Below the pieces are notes generated by a model. That model had not been told where the DNA came from and did no database searches. It saw nothing but the letters and a program-made list of their open reading frames with translations. From the NCBI GenBank assembly GCA_019347785.1, contig JAHWKQ010000001.1, forward strand, positions 1,394-32,327: a stretch of 30,934 nucleotides of DNA, read 5' to 3'. The translations under genes were made by a program, and so were the position numbers. Below are positions 9,000 to 17,789 of this stretch, piece by piece. The stretch comes from Actinomycetota bacterium. Lineage in GTDB: Bacteria; Actinomycetota; Nitriliruptoria; Euzebyales; Egibacteraceae. Every line of letters begins with the position of its first letter. Within the stretch, counting starts at the first letter, position 1.

Positions 9000-10160
9000 G
9001 TGGCGGACGGGCCCGCCGTCGCACGCCTGGCCGCGCACCTGCGCGAGGCCACCCCGGCGATGCTCGACGACCTGCGCCTGCTCGTCGAGCACGAGAGCCC
9101 CACCGGCGACGCCGGGCGCCTCGACGCGCTGGCCGAGACCACCGCGGCGCGCTGGGCCGAGCTCGGCTCCACGGTGCGCCGCCACCACCGCGAGGGGGTG
9201 GGGACGCACCTTGAGGTGCACTGGCCCGCCGATCCCCGCGACGGGAGCGACGCCCGGCCGGCATTGCTGTTGGGCCACATCGACACGGTCCACGCGGTCG
9301 GCACCCTGGCGCGCAACCCGTTCCGCGTCGAGGCCGGCCGCGCCTACGGACCCGGCTCACAGGACATGAAGGCCGGGATCGTCCTGGCCCTGCATGCGGT
9401 CCGCGCGCTGGGCGAGCTGGGCGTCAGGCCCGCCCGGCCCCTGGTGGTCCTGCTCACCGCCGACGAGGAGGCCGGCAGCCGTGACTCGCGCCCCCTCATC
9501 GAGGACGTCGCGGCCGGCTGCGCCCACGCTCTCGTGCTGGAGGCGGCCGGCCCCGGGGCCAGCCTGAAGACCGCCCGCAAGGGCATCGCCAACTACACGT
9601 TGACCGTCACGGGGCAGGCGGCGCACGCGGGGCAGGACTTCCCCCGCGGGGTCAACGCGAACGTGGCGCTCGCACGGCTCGCCGTGGCGGCCCACGAGCT
9701 GTCGGACCCGCAGTCGGGCACGACCGTCAACGTCGGTGTGGTGGCCGGGGGCACGCGCCCCAACGTCGTCGCGGAGCGTGCCCGCGCCGAGCTGGACGTG
9801 CGCTTCTGGGACGACGCCGAGGCACGGCGCGTCGAGCGCGCCCTGCGCGGCCTGCGGGTCGCCGCCGGGGCGCACCTGGCCGTGGACGGGGCGGTGAACC
9901 GCCCCGCCTTCCGGCGCACCCCGGCCGTGGGGCCGCTGGTGCGGGCCGCCCGCCGCGTGGCCGCGGCCCTGGGTGACGACCTGGACGAGACGTCGGTCGG
10001 CGGCGGCAGCGACGGCAACCTGACCGCGGCGCTCGGCCTGCCCACGCTGGACGGGCTCGGCGCGGTCGGCGCCGGCCTGCACACCGCCGACGAGTACGTC
10101 GAGGTCGCGTCCCTGCCGGATCGGGCGGCCCTGCTCGCCGGCCTGCTCGCCTCGCTGTAG
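9000..10160 (+). CDS. M20 metallopeptidase (carboxypeptidase G2-like; probable N-succinyl-L-amino acid desuccinylase)
   Basis: GHIDTV, DMKAG, DEE, LE, AHAG, GGGSDG, GLHTADE motifs; GTG start 2 nt after the menC stop. Confidence 0.9.
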   Translation: MADGPAVARLAAHLREATPAMLDDLRLLVEHESPTGDAGRLDALAETTAARWAELGSTVRRHHREGVGTHLEVHWPADPRDGSDARPALLLGHIDTVHAVGTLARNPFRVEAGRAYGPGSQDMKAGIVLALHAVRALGELGVRPARPLVVLLTADEEAGSRDSRPLIEDVAAGCAHALVLEAAGPGASLKTARKGIANYTLTVTGQAAHAGQDFPRGVNANVALARLAVAAHELSDPQSGTTVNVGVVAGGTRPNVVAERARAELDVRFWDDAEARRVERALRGLRVAAGAHLAVDGAVNRPAFRRTPAVGPLVRAARRVAAALGDDLDETSVGGGSDGNLTAALGLPTLDGLGAVGAGLHTADEYVEVASLPDRAALLAGLLASL

Positions 10161-10169
10161 CCGGCGGGC

Positions 10170-11078
10170 TCAGACCTTCACGCGCAGTGCCCGCCGCCGC
10201 AGCGTGACGGTCGCCGGCGTGCGGCCCAGCAGCCGGCCGTCGGCCTCCACCGCCAGGGGGCGCGCAGGCGCCACCGTGACGCGCGGTGACTGCCACTCCG
10301 TGATCTGCGGGTGCGGCAGGTGCTCGCCGCGCAGCAGCGGCTGGGTCAGGGTGAACACCTGGCTGCGCGGGCCGGTGAAGACGAGCACGTTGAGCCGCCC
10401 GTCGTCGGGCAGCGCCCGCGGCGCGACCTTCATGCCGCCGGAGAAGAACTGACCGTTGGCGGCGACGAGCGCCACGACCGGCAGCGTCGCGGCCGTGTGG
10501 GCGACGCGTACCTCGGCCTCCTGGCGGTCCAGCGTCGAGATGGCCGTCCAGGCCGCGAGCAGGTTGCCCACCCGGCCCGTCCACGCGGGCAGCCTGCGGC
10601 GGTGCCGCACGAGCTCCGCGCCCCACCCGACCTGGGCCACGTTGGCGAACAGCCGGCGGACCGGGCGCCCGTCGGGCGCCGCGCAGGCCACCTCACCGAT
10701 GTCGACGGTCATCGTGTGCGGACCGGTCAGGTGGCGGGCGACGACGTCGGCGCCCCGGTCCAGCCCGAACGTGCGCGCGAAGTCGCAGTCGACGCCGGCG
10801 ACGCCCAGCACCGGCAGGTCGCCAGCGCCGGGCGGCGTGTCGCCGCCGTCGCCCAGCAGCCCGTTGACGACGTCGTGGACGGTGGGGTCGCCGCCCACGG
10901 CGACGACGAGCTCGACGCCGTGATCACGGGCCGCCCGGGCCATTCCCACGGCGTCCCCGGGGCGGCGGGCGAGCGCGACGTCGTAGTCCAGCCCGGCCCC
11001 GCGCAGCGCCCGCTCCAGCGCGGGCAGCGTCGCGCGCCCGTGGCGCGGTCCGACGAGCAGCCGTGCGGCGGCGGTCAC
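10170..11078 (-). CDS. Diacylglycerol kinase family (YegS/Rv2252/BmrU-like) protein with degenerate ATP-site motifs
   Basis: VAVGGDPTVHDVVNGL, DFARTFGL, FANVAQVG, ANGQFFSGGM, EADG; GTGA-coupled to the helY stop. Confidence 0.85.
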   Translation of the reverse strand: MTAAARLLVGPRHGRATLPALERALRGAGLDYDVALARRPGDAVGMARAARDHGVELVVAVGGDPTVHDVVNGLLGDGGDTPPGAGDLPVLGVAGVDCDFARTFGLDRGADVVARHLTGPHTMTVDIGEVACAAPDGRPVRRLFANVAQVGWGAELVRHRRRLPAWTGRVGNLLAAWTAISTLDRQEAEVRVAHTAATLPVVALVAANGQFFSGGMKVAPRALPDDGRLNVLVFTGPRSQVFTLTQPLLRGEHLPHPQITEWQSPRVTVAPARPLAVEADGRLLGRTPATVTLRRRALRVKV

Positions 11079-13780
11079 ACGCCGCTGAAGGCGACAACGC
11101 CCCGTACGAGGCGCCGCGCCGCCTGGTGCGCCGCAGGCGAGCGGTGGTCGTCGCGGGTCACGTCGCGCAGCTGGCGCAGCAGGTCGGCGACCTGCTTGGT
11201 GGCGCGGACGAAGTCACCGGCCGTGAGCTCGCTGGCCCCGAGGGCGTCCTGGAGCGGCTGGCCCGAGGCCCAGCGCCAGGTGACGTCGGCGAAGCCGGGG
11301 TCCAGGGGCCGTGTCGGTGACAGCCCGGTGTCCGCCTCCCGCTCGACGACGTCGGCCCACACCGCCTGGGCGGCGTCGACCGCCTCGCGCACCCGCGGCG
11401 TCGGCAGGCGGGGCGGCGCCGGCTCCCGCGTCCGCGTCTCGTGCACGAAGACACTGGCCACCGCTGCGAGGTCGGCCGCGTCGAGCCCGTCGAGGACGCC
11501 GCGGCGCAGCGCCTCGGCCAGGACGAGGTCGGTGTCGGCGTACAGCCCGGCCAGCCGCAGCCCCTCCTCGGTCGGCTGCGGGGCCCGCCGGTCGTCGGTG
11601 AGATAGCCCATGGCGGTGAGCACCTCGACGATGCGGTCGAAGTCGCGCACGAGCGATCCGGTGCGCCGGTGGACGGAGCGCTCCAGGCGCTCGGTGGCCT
11701 CGGCGAGCTCGTCGTGGCGCCGCGCCCACCGGGCGGTCTCCTCCAGCGCGGGGTCGTGGTGCACCGGGTGCTCGCGCACGGCGCGCCGCAGGTGCTGCAG
11801 GCGGGTGGTGGTGGCCGGCTCGGCGGGCGCGTCGGACCCGCCGGCGGGGTCGTCGGGGCGCAGGCGGTGCAGCGCCTCGGCCACGGCCCGGCGGTACCCG
11901 GGCTGGCGCGGGCCGCCCGCGGCGGGCAGCGGTACCCGCCCCACCGACCACGGCGGGCTCGGGAACTCGCGGGGACCGAGCCGGATCAGCCTGCGGTCCT
12001 CGGTGACCGCCTGGGCGAGCGGCGTGCCGGTGCTGCTGCGCGAGCGCCCCACGATCGCCGCCCTGGGCGGGCGCCTGCCGCCCTTGGGCAGCAGCACCAC
12101 GTCCCCCTCGCGCAGGCGGTCGACGCCGTCGAGCACGGCGTCGCGTCGATGTTGACGACGCTCGCGGGCGACGGCCGACTCCAGGCGCGCCAGCTCCGTG
12201 CGCAGCGCCCAGTACTGGGCGAAGTCGCCGTGGTCCGAGCGCAGGTTGGCGGCGTAGCCGTCGAGGCCGCGGCGGTTCTCGGCGATCCGCCGCTGCTGGT
12301 CGACGACGGTCGCATCCGTCTGGAACTGCGCGAACGAGCTGGCCAGCAGCCGCTCCGCCCCGGCACGGCTGTGACGGCGCAGCAGGTTCACGGCCATGTT
12401 GTACGACGGCGCGAAGCTGGAGCGCAGCGGCTCGACGCGCCGGTCGACCAGGGAGGCGACGGTCGGGAAGTCCACGTCGCGCTGATAGAGCACGACGGCG
12501 TGGCCCACCCGGTCCAACCCACGGCGCCCCGCCCTGCCGGTCAGCTGGGTGAACTGCCCGGGGGTCAGCAGCTCGTGGCGCTGGCCGTTCCACTTCTCCA
12601 GCCGCTCGATGACAACCGTGCGGGCCGGCATGTTGATTCCCAGCGCCAGCGTCTCGGTGGCGAAGCAGGCCTTCACCAGGCCGTCGACGAACAGCCGCTC
12701 CACGGTCTCCTTGAACACCGGGACCATGCCCGCGTGGTGGGCGGCGACGCCGCGCTCCAGGGCGGACGCCCACGCCGCGAAGTCCAGCACGTCGAGGTCC
12801 CCGGCGGGCAGCGGGGCGGTCCGCTCCGCGACGACCCCGCGGATGCGCGCACGCTCGGGGGCGGTGGTGAGGGAGACGCCGGCGGCGACGAGCTGGTCCA
12901 CGGCGTCGTCGCAGCCGGCGCGGCTGAACAGGAAGTAGATGGCCGGCAGCCAGTCGCGCCGGGCCAGCTCCTCGACCATCTCGAAGCGGCGCGGCGCGCG
13001 TGGCCGGGGCCCGGGGACCCGTCGCCCGCGGCGGTTGACGCGCGCCGCCGCCCGGCGCTCCAGCATCAGCACCTCCGGGTTGGGCCGACCCCCGCGGGCC
13101 TGGCGCGCCGCCTGGACGTCGCTGCCCTGCCTGCGGCGCCCCGACGGCCCGCCGGCGGCCACGAACGTCGGCAGGACCCTGTCGTTGACCGCGTACGAGT
13201 GCTCCAGCGGGACAGGCCGCCGCTCGGAGATCACCACGTCGCACGACTCCCGGACGCCCCGCAGCCAGCGGCCGAATTCCTCGGCGTTGGACAGGGTGGC
13301 CGACAGGCAGGCGAGGGCCACGCTGGGCGGAAGTTGGACGATCACCTCCTCCCACACCGCGCCGCGTTCCCGGTCGGCCAGGTAGTGCACCTCGTCGAGC
13401 ACGACGGCGTGCAGGCCCACCAGTGCGGGCGAGCCCTCGTAGAGCATGTTGCGCAGCACCTCGGTCGTCATGACCACGACGGGGGCGTCGCCGTTGACGG
13501 CGTTGTCGCCGGTGAGCAGGCCCACGCGCTCCGGGCCGTGGCGCCGGGACAGATCGACGAACTTCTGGTTCGACAGGGCCTTGATGGGCGTCGTGTAGAA
13601 GCACTTGCCCTCGCGGTGCAGCGCCTGCCAGACGGCGTACTCGCCGACGACGGTCTTGCCGGCCCCCGTGGGCGCGGCGACGAGCACCGAGCGGTCGGCG
13701 GCCAGCGCGGCGACGCCCGCCCGCTGGAAGTCGTCGAGGGGAAAGTCGTAGGCGGCGCCGAAGCGCTGCGGCAGGTCCAT
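11075..13780 (-). CDS. helY: Ski2-like DEAD/DEAH RNA helicase HelY
   Basis: APTGAGKT, TTPIKALSNQK, DEVH, LSAT, ATETLALGINMPA, QLTGRAGRRG, DSHCT-like C-terminus; follows tatC. Confidence 0.95.
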   Translation of the reverse strand: MDLPQRFGAAYDFPLDDFQRAGVAALAADRSVLVAAPTGAGKTVVGEYAVWQALHREGKCFYTTPIKALSNQKFVDLSRRHGPERVGLLTGDNAVNGDAPVVVMTTEVLRNMLYEGSPALVGLHAVVLDEVHYLADRERGAVWEEVIVQLPPSVALACLSATLSNAEEFGRWLRGVRESCDVVISERRPVPLEHSYAVNDRVLPTFVAAGGPSGRRRQGSDVQAARQARGGRPNPEVLMLERRAAARVNRRGRRVPGPRPRAPRRFEMVEELARRDWLPAIYFLFSRAGCDDAVDQLVAAGVSLTTAPERARIRGVVAERTAPLPAGDLDVLDFAAWASALERGVAAHHAGMVPVFKETVERLFVDGLVKACFATETLALGINMPARTVVIERLEKWNGQRHELLTPGQFTQLTGRAGRRGLDRVGHAVVLYQRDVDFPTVASLVDRRVEPLRSSFAPSYNMAVNLLRRHSRAGAERLLASSFAQFQTDATVVDQQRRIAENRRGLDGYAANLRSDHGDFAQYWALRTELARLESAVARERRQHRRDAVLDGVDRLREGDVVLLPKGGRRPPRAAIVGRSRSSTGTPLAQAVTEDRRLIRLGPREFPSPPWSVGRVPLPAAGGPRQPGYRRAVAEALHRLRPDDPAGGSDAPAEPATTTRLQHLRRAVREHPVHHDPALEETARWARRHDELAEATERLERSVHRRTGSLVRDFDRIVEVLTAMGYLTDDRRAPQPTEEGLRLAGLYADTDLVLAEALRRGVLDGLDAADLAAVASVFVHETRTREPAPPRLPTPRVREAVDAAQAVWADVVEREADTGLSPTRPLDPGFADVTWRWASGQPLQDALGASELTAGDFVRATKQVADLLRQLRDVTRDDHRSPAAHQAARRLVRGVVAFSGV

Positions 13781-13786
13781 GTGATG

Positions 13787-13792
13787 AGCCTA
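13787..13792 (-). promoter_or_regulatory. -10 element TAGGCT, 6 nt from the helY ATG (leaderless)
   Basis: TANNNT in the 20-bp tatC-helY gap, no RBS. Confidence 0.6.
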
Positions 13793-13800
13793 CGTGCCCG

Positions 13801-14613
13801 TCAGCCGGACGCCGTGCCCGCGCCCCTGCGCTCGATCAGCCGCGCCGACAGGGCCGCCACCTCGTACAGGCCCGCCAGGGGCACCGCCATCAGCGACATC
13901 GTCAACGGGTCCTGCGTGGGGGTGAGGATGGCGGCGGCGGCGAAGACGCCGAGCAGGGCGTGGCGACGGTGGCGCCGCAGGCTCTCGGAGGTGACGACGC
14001 CCATGAGCGAGAGCGTCACGAGGATCAGCGGCAGCTCGAAGGCCACTCCGAAGGCGAGCATGGTGTGCAGGATGAAGGTGAGGTACCGGTTCGCCTCCAT
14101 CAGCGACACGACATTGGGGCCGGCGAAGCTCAGCAGCAGGTGCAGGCCGCGGGGGATGACGACGTAGCTGAACACCGCCCCACCCAGGAACAGCAGCTGG
14201 CTGATGACGACGAACGGCAGCGAGTAGCGGCGCTCGACGTCGTGCAGGCCGGGGGTCACGAAGCGCCACAGCTGGTAGCACACCACGGGCGCGGCGACGA
14301 CGATGGCCACGACGGCCGCGGCCTTCAGGCTGATGAAGAACGCCCCGAGCGGGTCGGTGAACACCAGGGAGCACCGGTCGGGGTCGAACGCCGAGGACCC
14401 GGCGCGCAGAGCCCGGGGCAGCTGGCAGTAGGGCCGGATGAGCAGCGCGAAGACCCACTCGCGAAGCGCGAAGCCCAGCGCGAAGCCCGCGGCGACGGCG
14501 ATGCCGGCCTTGACCAGCCGGGCGCGCAGCTCGGCGAGATGCTCGACGAGCGTCATCTCCCCGACGGCATGGTCCTGCCCCCCGCCGGCGGCGCGCGGGG
14601 CGGTGGCGGTCAC
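13801..14613 (-). CDS. tatC: Twin-arginine translocase subunit TatC
   Basis: MTLVEHLAELRARL, QLWRFVTPGL...ERR, FELP, AAILTPTQDP. Confidence 0.96.
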   Translation of the reverse strand: MTATAPRAAGGGQDHAVGEMTLVEHLAELRARLVKAGIAVAAGFALGFALREWVFALLIRPYCQLPRALRAGSSAFDPDRCSLVFTDPLGAFFISLKAAAVVAIVVAAPVVCYQLWRFVTPGLHDVERRYSLPFVVISQLLFLGGAVFSYVVIPRGLHLLLSFAGPNVVSLMEANRYLTFILHTMLAFGVAFELPLILVTLSLMGVVTSESLRRHRRHALLGVFAAAAILTPTQDPLTMSLMAVPLAGLYEVAALSARLIERRGAGTASG

Positions 14614-14619
14614 GAGGCG

Positions 14620-14838
14620 CTACCCGCGCTCCCGCTGCTCGCCGGCCTCGGCCGGTGCGGGCGCCTCGGTCGAGGGGTCCGCCTCGTCCTCGTCCGACCT
14701 GCTGTCCTCGACCCCGTGCTTGAAGTTCTTGATGCTCTTGCCGACCGCGCTGCCCAACTCCGGCAACTTCTTCCCGCCGAAGAGCAGCAGGGCGATGGCA
14801 AGGACCCAGATCAGCTCTCCACCGCCGATGTTCGGCAT
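14620..14838 (-). CDS. tatA: Twin-arginine translocase subunit TatA
   Basis: IGGGELIWVLAIALLLFGGKKLPELGSAVGKSIKNFK. Confidence 0.96.
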   Translation of the reverse strand: MPNIGGGELIWVLAIALLLFGGKKLPELGSAVGKSIKNFKHGVEDSRSDEDEADPSTEAPAPAEAGEQRERG

Positions 14839-14894
14839 TGTCGACCCCCTGTCGTGTCGGCGGCGGGTATTCCCGCCGCCGGGTGACTACGCCG

Positions 14895-14900
14895 AGTCTA
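14895..14900 (-). promoter_or_regulatory. -10 element TAGACT for tatAC
   Basis: TANNNT 57 nt upstream of the tatA ATG; its TAG is also the stop codon of the upstream ORF. Confidence 0.5.
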
Positions 14901-15164
14901 TCCCGGCGCCGGCCCGCCCGGAGGGGCCGTGCCGCGCCGGCCCGGTGGCGCGCTCTGCCAGCGCCGACGCAGCGCGTCGGCCTCCAGCGACGCCACGGCC
15001 AGCTCGGCGCGCAGCTCGTCGACCGCCCCCCGGGAGCGCTCGCCCGCGGCACCCGCGGCCGCGAGCAGATCGGACACGGTGGCACGCAGCCGGAGCGCCG
15101 CGACCGCGGCCGCGCCGAGGGCCGCGACGGCGGCCGTCACGGTCAGCAGGATGATCCCCGACAC
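14898..15164 (-). CDS. Small single-pass membrane protein with a coiled-coil-like tail, upstream of tatA
   Basis: GGGAGG RBS, GTG, N-terminal hydrophobic helix, 88 aa; own -10 (TAGCAT 15216-15221). Confidence 0.75.
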   Translation of the reverse strand: MSGIILLTVTAAVAALGAAAVAALRLRATVSDLLAAAGAAGERSRGAVDELRAELAVASLEADALRRRWQSAPPGRRGTAPPGGPAPG

Positions 15165-15226
15165 GGCGTCGCCTCCCGGTCCCCGCGGCCTCTCCCGGCG
15201 CGGCGGCGAGCCCGCATGCTACGCGG

Positions 15227-15583
15227 TCAGCCGCCGCCCTGGTCACGGCCCGGGTCGGTCAGCCGCTGGAACCAGTCGTCGAGCGAGATCAGCTCGTGGA
15301 AGTCCAGCAGGTCGTCGGGGGTGAGCGCCGGCGCCTGGCGCACCGAGTCCGCCACCCGCTCCGGCGCGCGGGGCCGGGTCTCCGGGCGGGCTTGGACGCC
15401 CCCGGAGACGAGCAGGCGGATCACCCGGTCGTCGGCCGGCTTGCGCACATGCGCACGGCAGTGTGGACACTCGAAGGAGTAGGCGGACCCGTCGGAGTTC
15501 CCACGGTCGACGTACAGGTCGATGTCGGCGGGCCCGAGGCTGACCTCCCCGCACGTGGGACATGTTGCCTTGATGGTGACCAT
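15227..15583 (-). CDS. Hypothetical Cys4 zinc-ribbon protein (118 aa)
   Basis: CPTCG...CPHC, C-terminal LTPDDLLDFHEL motif; GGAGG RBS before ATG at 15583. Confidence 0.85.
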   Translation of the reverse strand: MVTIKATCPTCGEVSLGPADIDLYVDRGNSDGSAYSFECPHCRAHVRKPADDRVIRLLVSGGVQARPETRPRAPERVADSVRQAPALTPDDLLDFHELISLDDWFQRLTDPGRDQGGG

Positions 15584-15642
15584 GTGCCGTGGCCTCCAGC
15601 GGGTCGTGACCTCCGGGGCGCACCCCTGCGGCCGTCCACCCG

Positions 15643-15670
15643 CTATCGGCAGCTCGCGCGGGGTGCTTGA
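15643..15670 (-). promoter_or_regulatory. sigma28 (FliA/WhiG)-like promoter for the zinc-ribbon gene
   Basis: TCAA-N16-GCCGATAG versus the sigma28 consensus TAAA-N15/16-GCCGATAA. Confidence 0.5.
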
Positions 15671-15672
15671 GA

Positions 15673-16620
15673 TCACGCCGACCGGTCATCGCCGTACAGC
15701 GCGAGCGTCTCCCGCGCGCGGTCGCGCACGAGCGACGACAGGGCGGCGGGCGCCACGACCGTGGCAGCGGCGCCGAGCCGCAGCACCAGGCGCGCGATCC
15801 CCTCCAGCTCACGGGCCCGCAGCGTCACCCGTCGGATGTCGTCACGGCCGTCGACGTGGTCGACGCGGAGCCACTCGGCCAGCCACCAGGCGTCGGGGCG
15901 CAGGTCGAGCACGACCGTGGTGTCATCCGGCCCCGGGCGGTAGGCGGGCGGCCCGGCCGGCGGCCGCGCGCCGTCGGCGACGCGCTCGCCGGTGGGATGC
16001 ACGGTTCGGATGCGGTCCAGGCGGAAGTCCCGCGGCGCCTGGACCCCGCGGCACCACGCCCGCAGGTACCAGGCGCCGCCGGCGCCGGCGACCTCCCACG
16101 GCTCGACGTCTCGCTCGGTGGTCTCGCCCTTTGACGCCGAGCGGTACACCAGGTGCAGCACCCGGCGCTCCTCGACGGCTCGCCACAGCAGCGGCAGGTG
16201 CTCGTCGCCGGGGGCGGACAGGTCGACCGCCACGCCCGGGTGGACCCCGAGGGCGCCCTCGAGCTTGTCCACGGCCCCGGCCAGTGGCTTGGAGCCGGCC
16301 AGGCCGACGCTCAGCAGCGCGCGGCCGGCCAGCAGCAGCGTGACCGCCTCGCGGAGGCTCAGCCGCAACGGCCGCCGGAAGAAGTCGGCCATGCGCACCA
16401 CCACGCGGTCCCCCACGACCGACGCCTCGATGAGGTCACCGCCGCCGTAGCCAGGCAATCCGCAGTAGCCCAGCATGTCCAGGTCGCGCGCCACCTCGGC
16501 GCGGTCGCCACCGAAGCGCCGGGCGACCTCGGCCAGCTCCACGCCGGGATGCTCGAGCAGCCAGGGCACCATCGTCAGCAGGCGCTCCAGGCGCTGCAGG
16601 GTGCGCGTCGGAGGGCTCAC
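15673..16620 (-). CDS. pafC: WYL-domain transcriptional activator PafC
   Basis: QRLERLLTMVPWL, CGLPGYGGGDLI, RPLRLS..EA, WYLRAWC...FRLDRI; RBS GGAGG. Confidence 0.93.
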   Translation of the reverse strand: MSPPTRTLQRLERLLTMVPWLLEHPGVELAEVARRFGGDRAEVARDLDMLGYCGLPGYGGGDLIEASVVGDRVVVRMADFFRRPLRLSLREAVTLLLAGRALLSVGLAGSKPLAGAVDKLEGALGVHPGVAVDLSAPGDEHLPLLWRAVEERRVLHLVYRSASKGETTERDVEPWEVAGAGGAWYLRAWCRGVQAPRDFRLDRIRTVHPTGERVADGARPPAGPPAYRPGPDDTTVVLDLRPDAWWLAEWLRVDHVDGRDDIRRVTLRARELEGIARLVLRLGAAATVVAPAALSSLVRDRARETLALYGDDRSA

Positions 16621-16621
16621 C

Positions 16622-17584
16622 CTAATCCTCCACCGCAGCCTCAGCGTTGGCGAGCGACCGCAACTGCTCGATGACACGCCGGCGCAGCGGGGCGGGGCCG
16701 CGCACGCGCAGCTCGGGGCCGTACTCCAGCGCCCAGCCGACGAAGCGGTCGGGGTCGCCGACCGGCACGGTGTAGCGGGTCCAGCCGCCGGGGACCGGAC
16801 GCCCGTCGCCGTGCGCCCGGCGGGCGACCAGCCAGCCGACGGACGGCGCGGCGTCCACCTCGGCGTCGGACGGCGCGTCGGCAGGCGGCTGCGGCAGGAC
16901 GTCGTCGACGGTGACCCCCTCCGGGGGCGGTTCGAACGCCTCGGACTCGCCGACGGTGGTCACGCGCCCGCGGATCCGGTCGAGCCGGAAGACGCGACGC
17001 CCCCGGCGCTCGTGGTCGCGACCGACCAGGTACCAGCGGCCCCGGCGGTGCACCACCGCATGGGGGTCGACGGTGCGCCTGGCCGTCCGTCCCTCGAGGG
17101 GGGCGTAGTCGAAGCGCACCACGGTTCGTGAGAGCTGCGCCTCCAGGAGGACGGCGCTGACGGGGTGGGACAGGTCCACACCCACGGGCGCGGCCGGGAC
17201 GAGGCGCTCGGCCGCGGGCTCGTCGGCGTCAACCTCCAGTTTGCGCAGGCCGGCCCCCGCCTCGTCGACCAGTCCGGTGACCTGCAGGGCGAGCGCCAGC
17301 GCCGTGAGCTCAGAGCCGCTCAGGGCCACCGACGGCAGGTCGTAGCTGCGGGGGTCGATGCGGTAGCCCTGGGTGTCGTCCCAGCGGCCCAGGGGCGCAG
17401 TGGTCACGGGGACGCCCAGTGCGCGCAGGTCGGCCTTGTCCCGCTCGAAAGTCCGCCGGAAGGCTTCGTGGGTGTCCTGGTCGTAGCCCGCGACGCGGTC
17501 GTGGATCTCGTCGGCTGTCATGGGCCGGCGGGTCTCGCGCAGGGCGATGACGAGGTTGACCAGCCGCTCGAGCCTGTCGATCAT
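16622..17584 (-). CDS. pafB: WYL-domain transcriptional activator PafB
   Basis: RLERLVNLVIAL, FRRTFERDKADLRALGVP, WYLVGRD...FRLDRI. Confidence 0.93.
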   Translation of the reverse strand: MIDRLERLVNLVIALRETRRPMTADEIHDRVAGYDQDTHEAFRRTFERDKADLRALGVPVTTAPLGRWDDTQGYRIDPRSYDLPSVALSGSELTALALALQVTGLVDEAGAGLRKLEVDADEPAAERLVPAAPVGVDLSHPVSAVLLEAQLSRTVVRFDYAPLEGRTARRTVDPHAVVHRRGRWYLVGRDHERRGRRVFRLDRIRGRVTTVGESEAFEPPPEGVTVDDVLPQPPADAPSDAEVDAAPSVGWLVARRAHGDGRPVPGGWTRYTVPVGDPDRFVGWALEYGPELRVRGPAPLRRRVIEQLRSLANAEAAVED

Positions 17585-17593
17585 GGCCCGCCG

Positions 17594-17599
17594 AGGCTA
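17594..17599 (-). promoter_or_regulatory. -10 element TAGCCT for pafBC (near-leaderless)
   Basis: TANNNT 9 nt from the ATG, no RBS. Confidence 0.4.
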
Positions 17600-17789
17600 C
17601 CTGGCCGGTGAGGCGGTCGCGGTCATGACCGGACGGCCAGCCGACGGGGGATGCGTGGCGCCGCTGCGCTTGCGATCATGGTGTGACCTCGTGATGGGGG
17701 GCGCCCGAAGCTGGCATCATCAAGGCGACTCGGGTCGACGGCCGCCGGGCGCTTCAGATCCGACGACCCATTCCGACGATGCAGGTGGC

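Noticed and set aside
11441-14167. 908-aa plus-strand ORF and many other long ORFs antisense to or overlapping recognised genes (e.g. 7018-9360, 3756-5507, 25921-27129)
   Set aside because: Typical stop-poor shadow frames of high-GC coding DNA; no motifs
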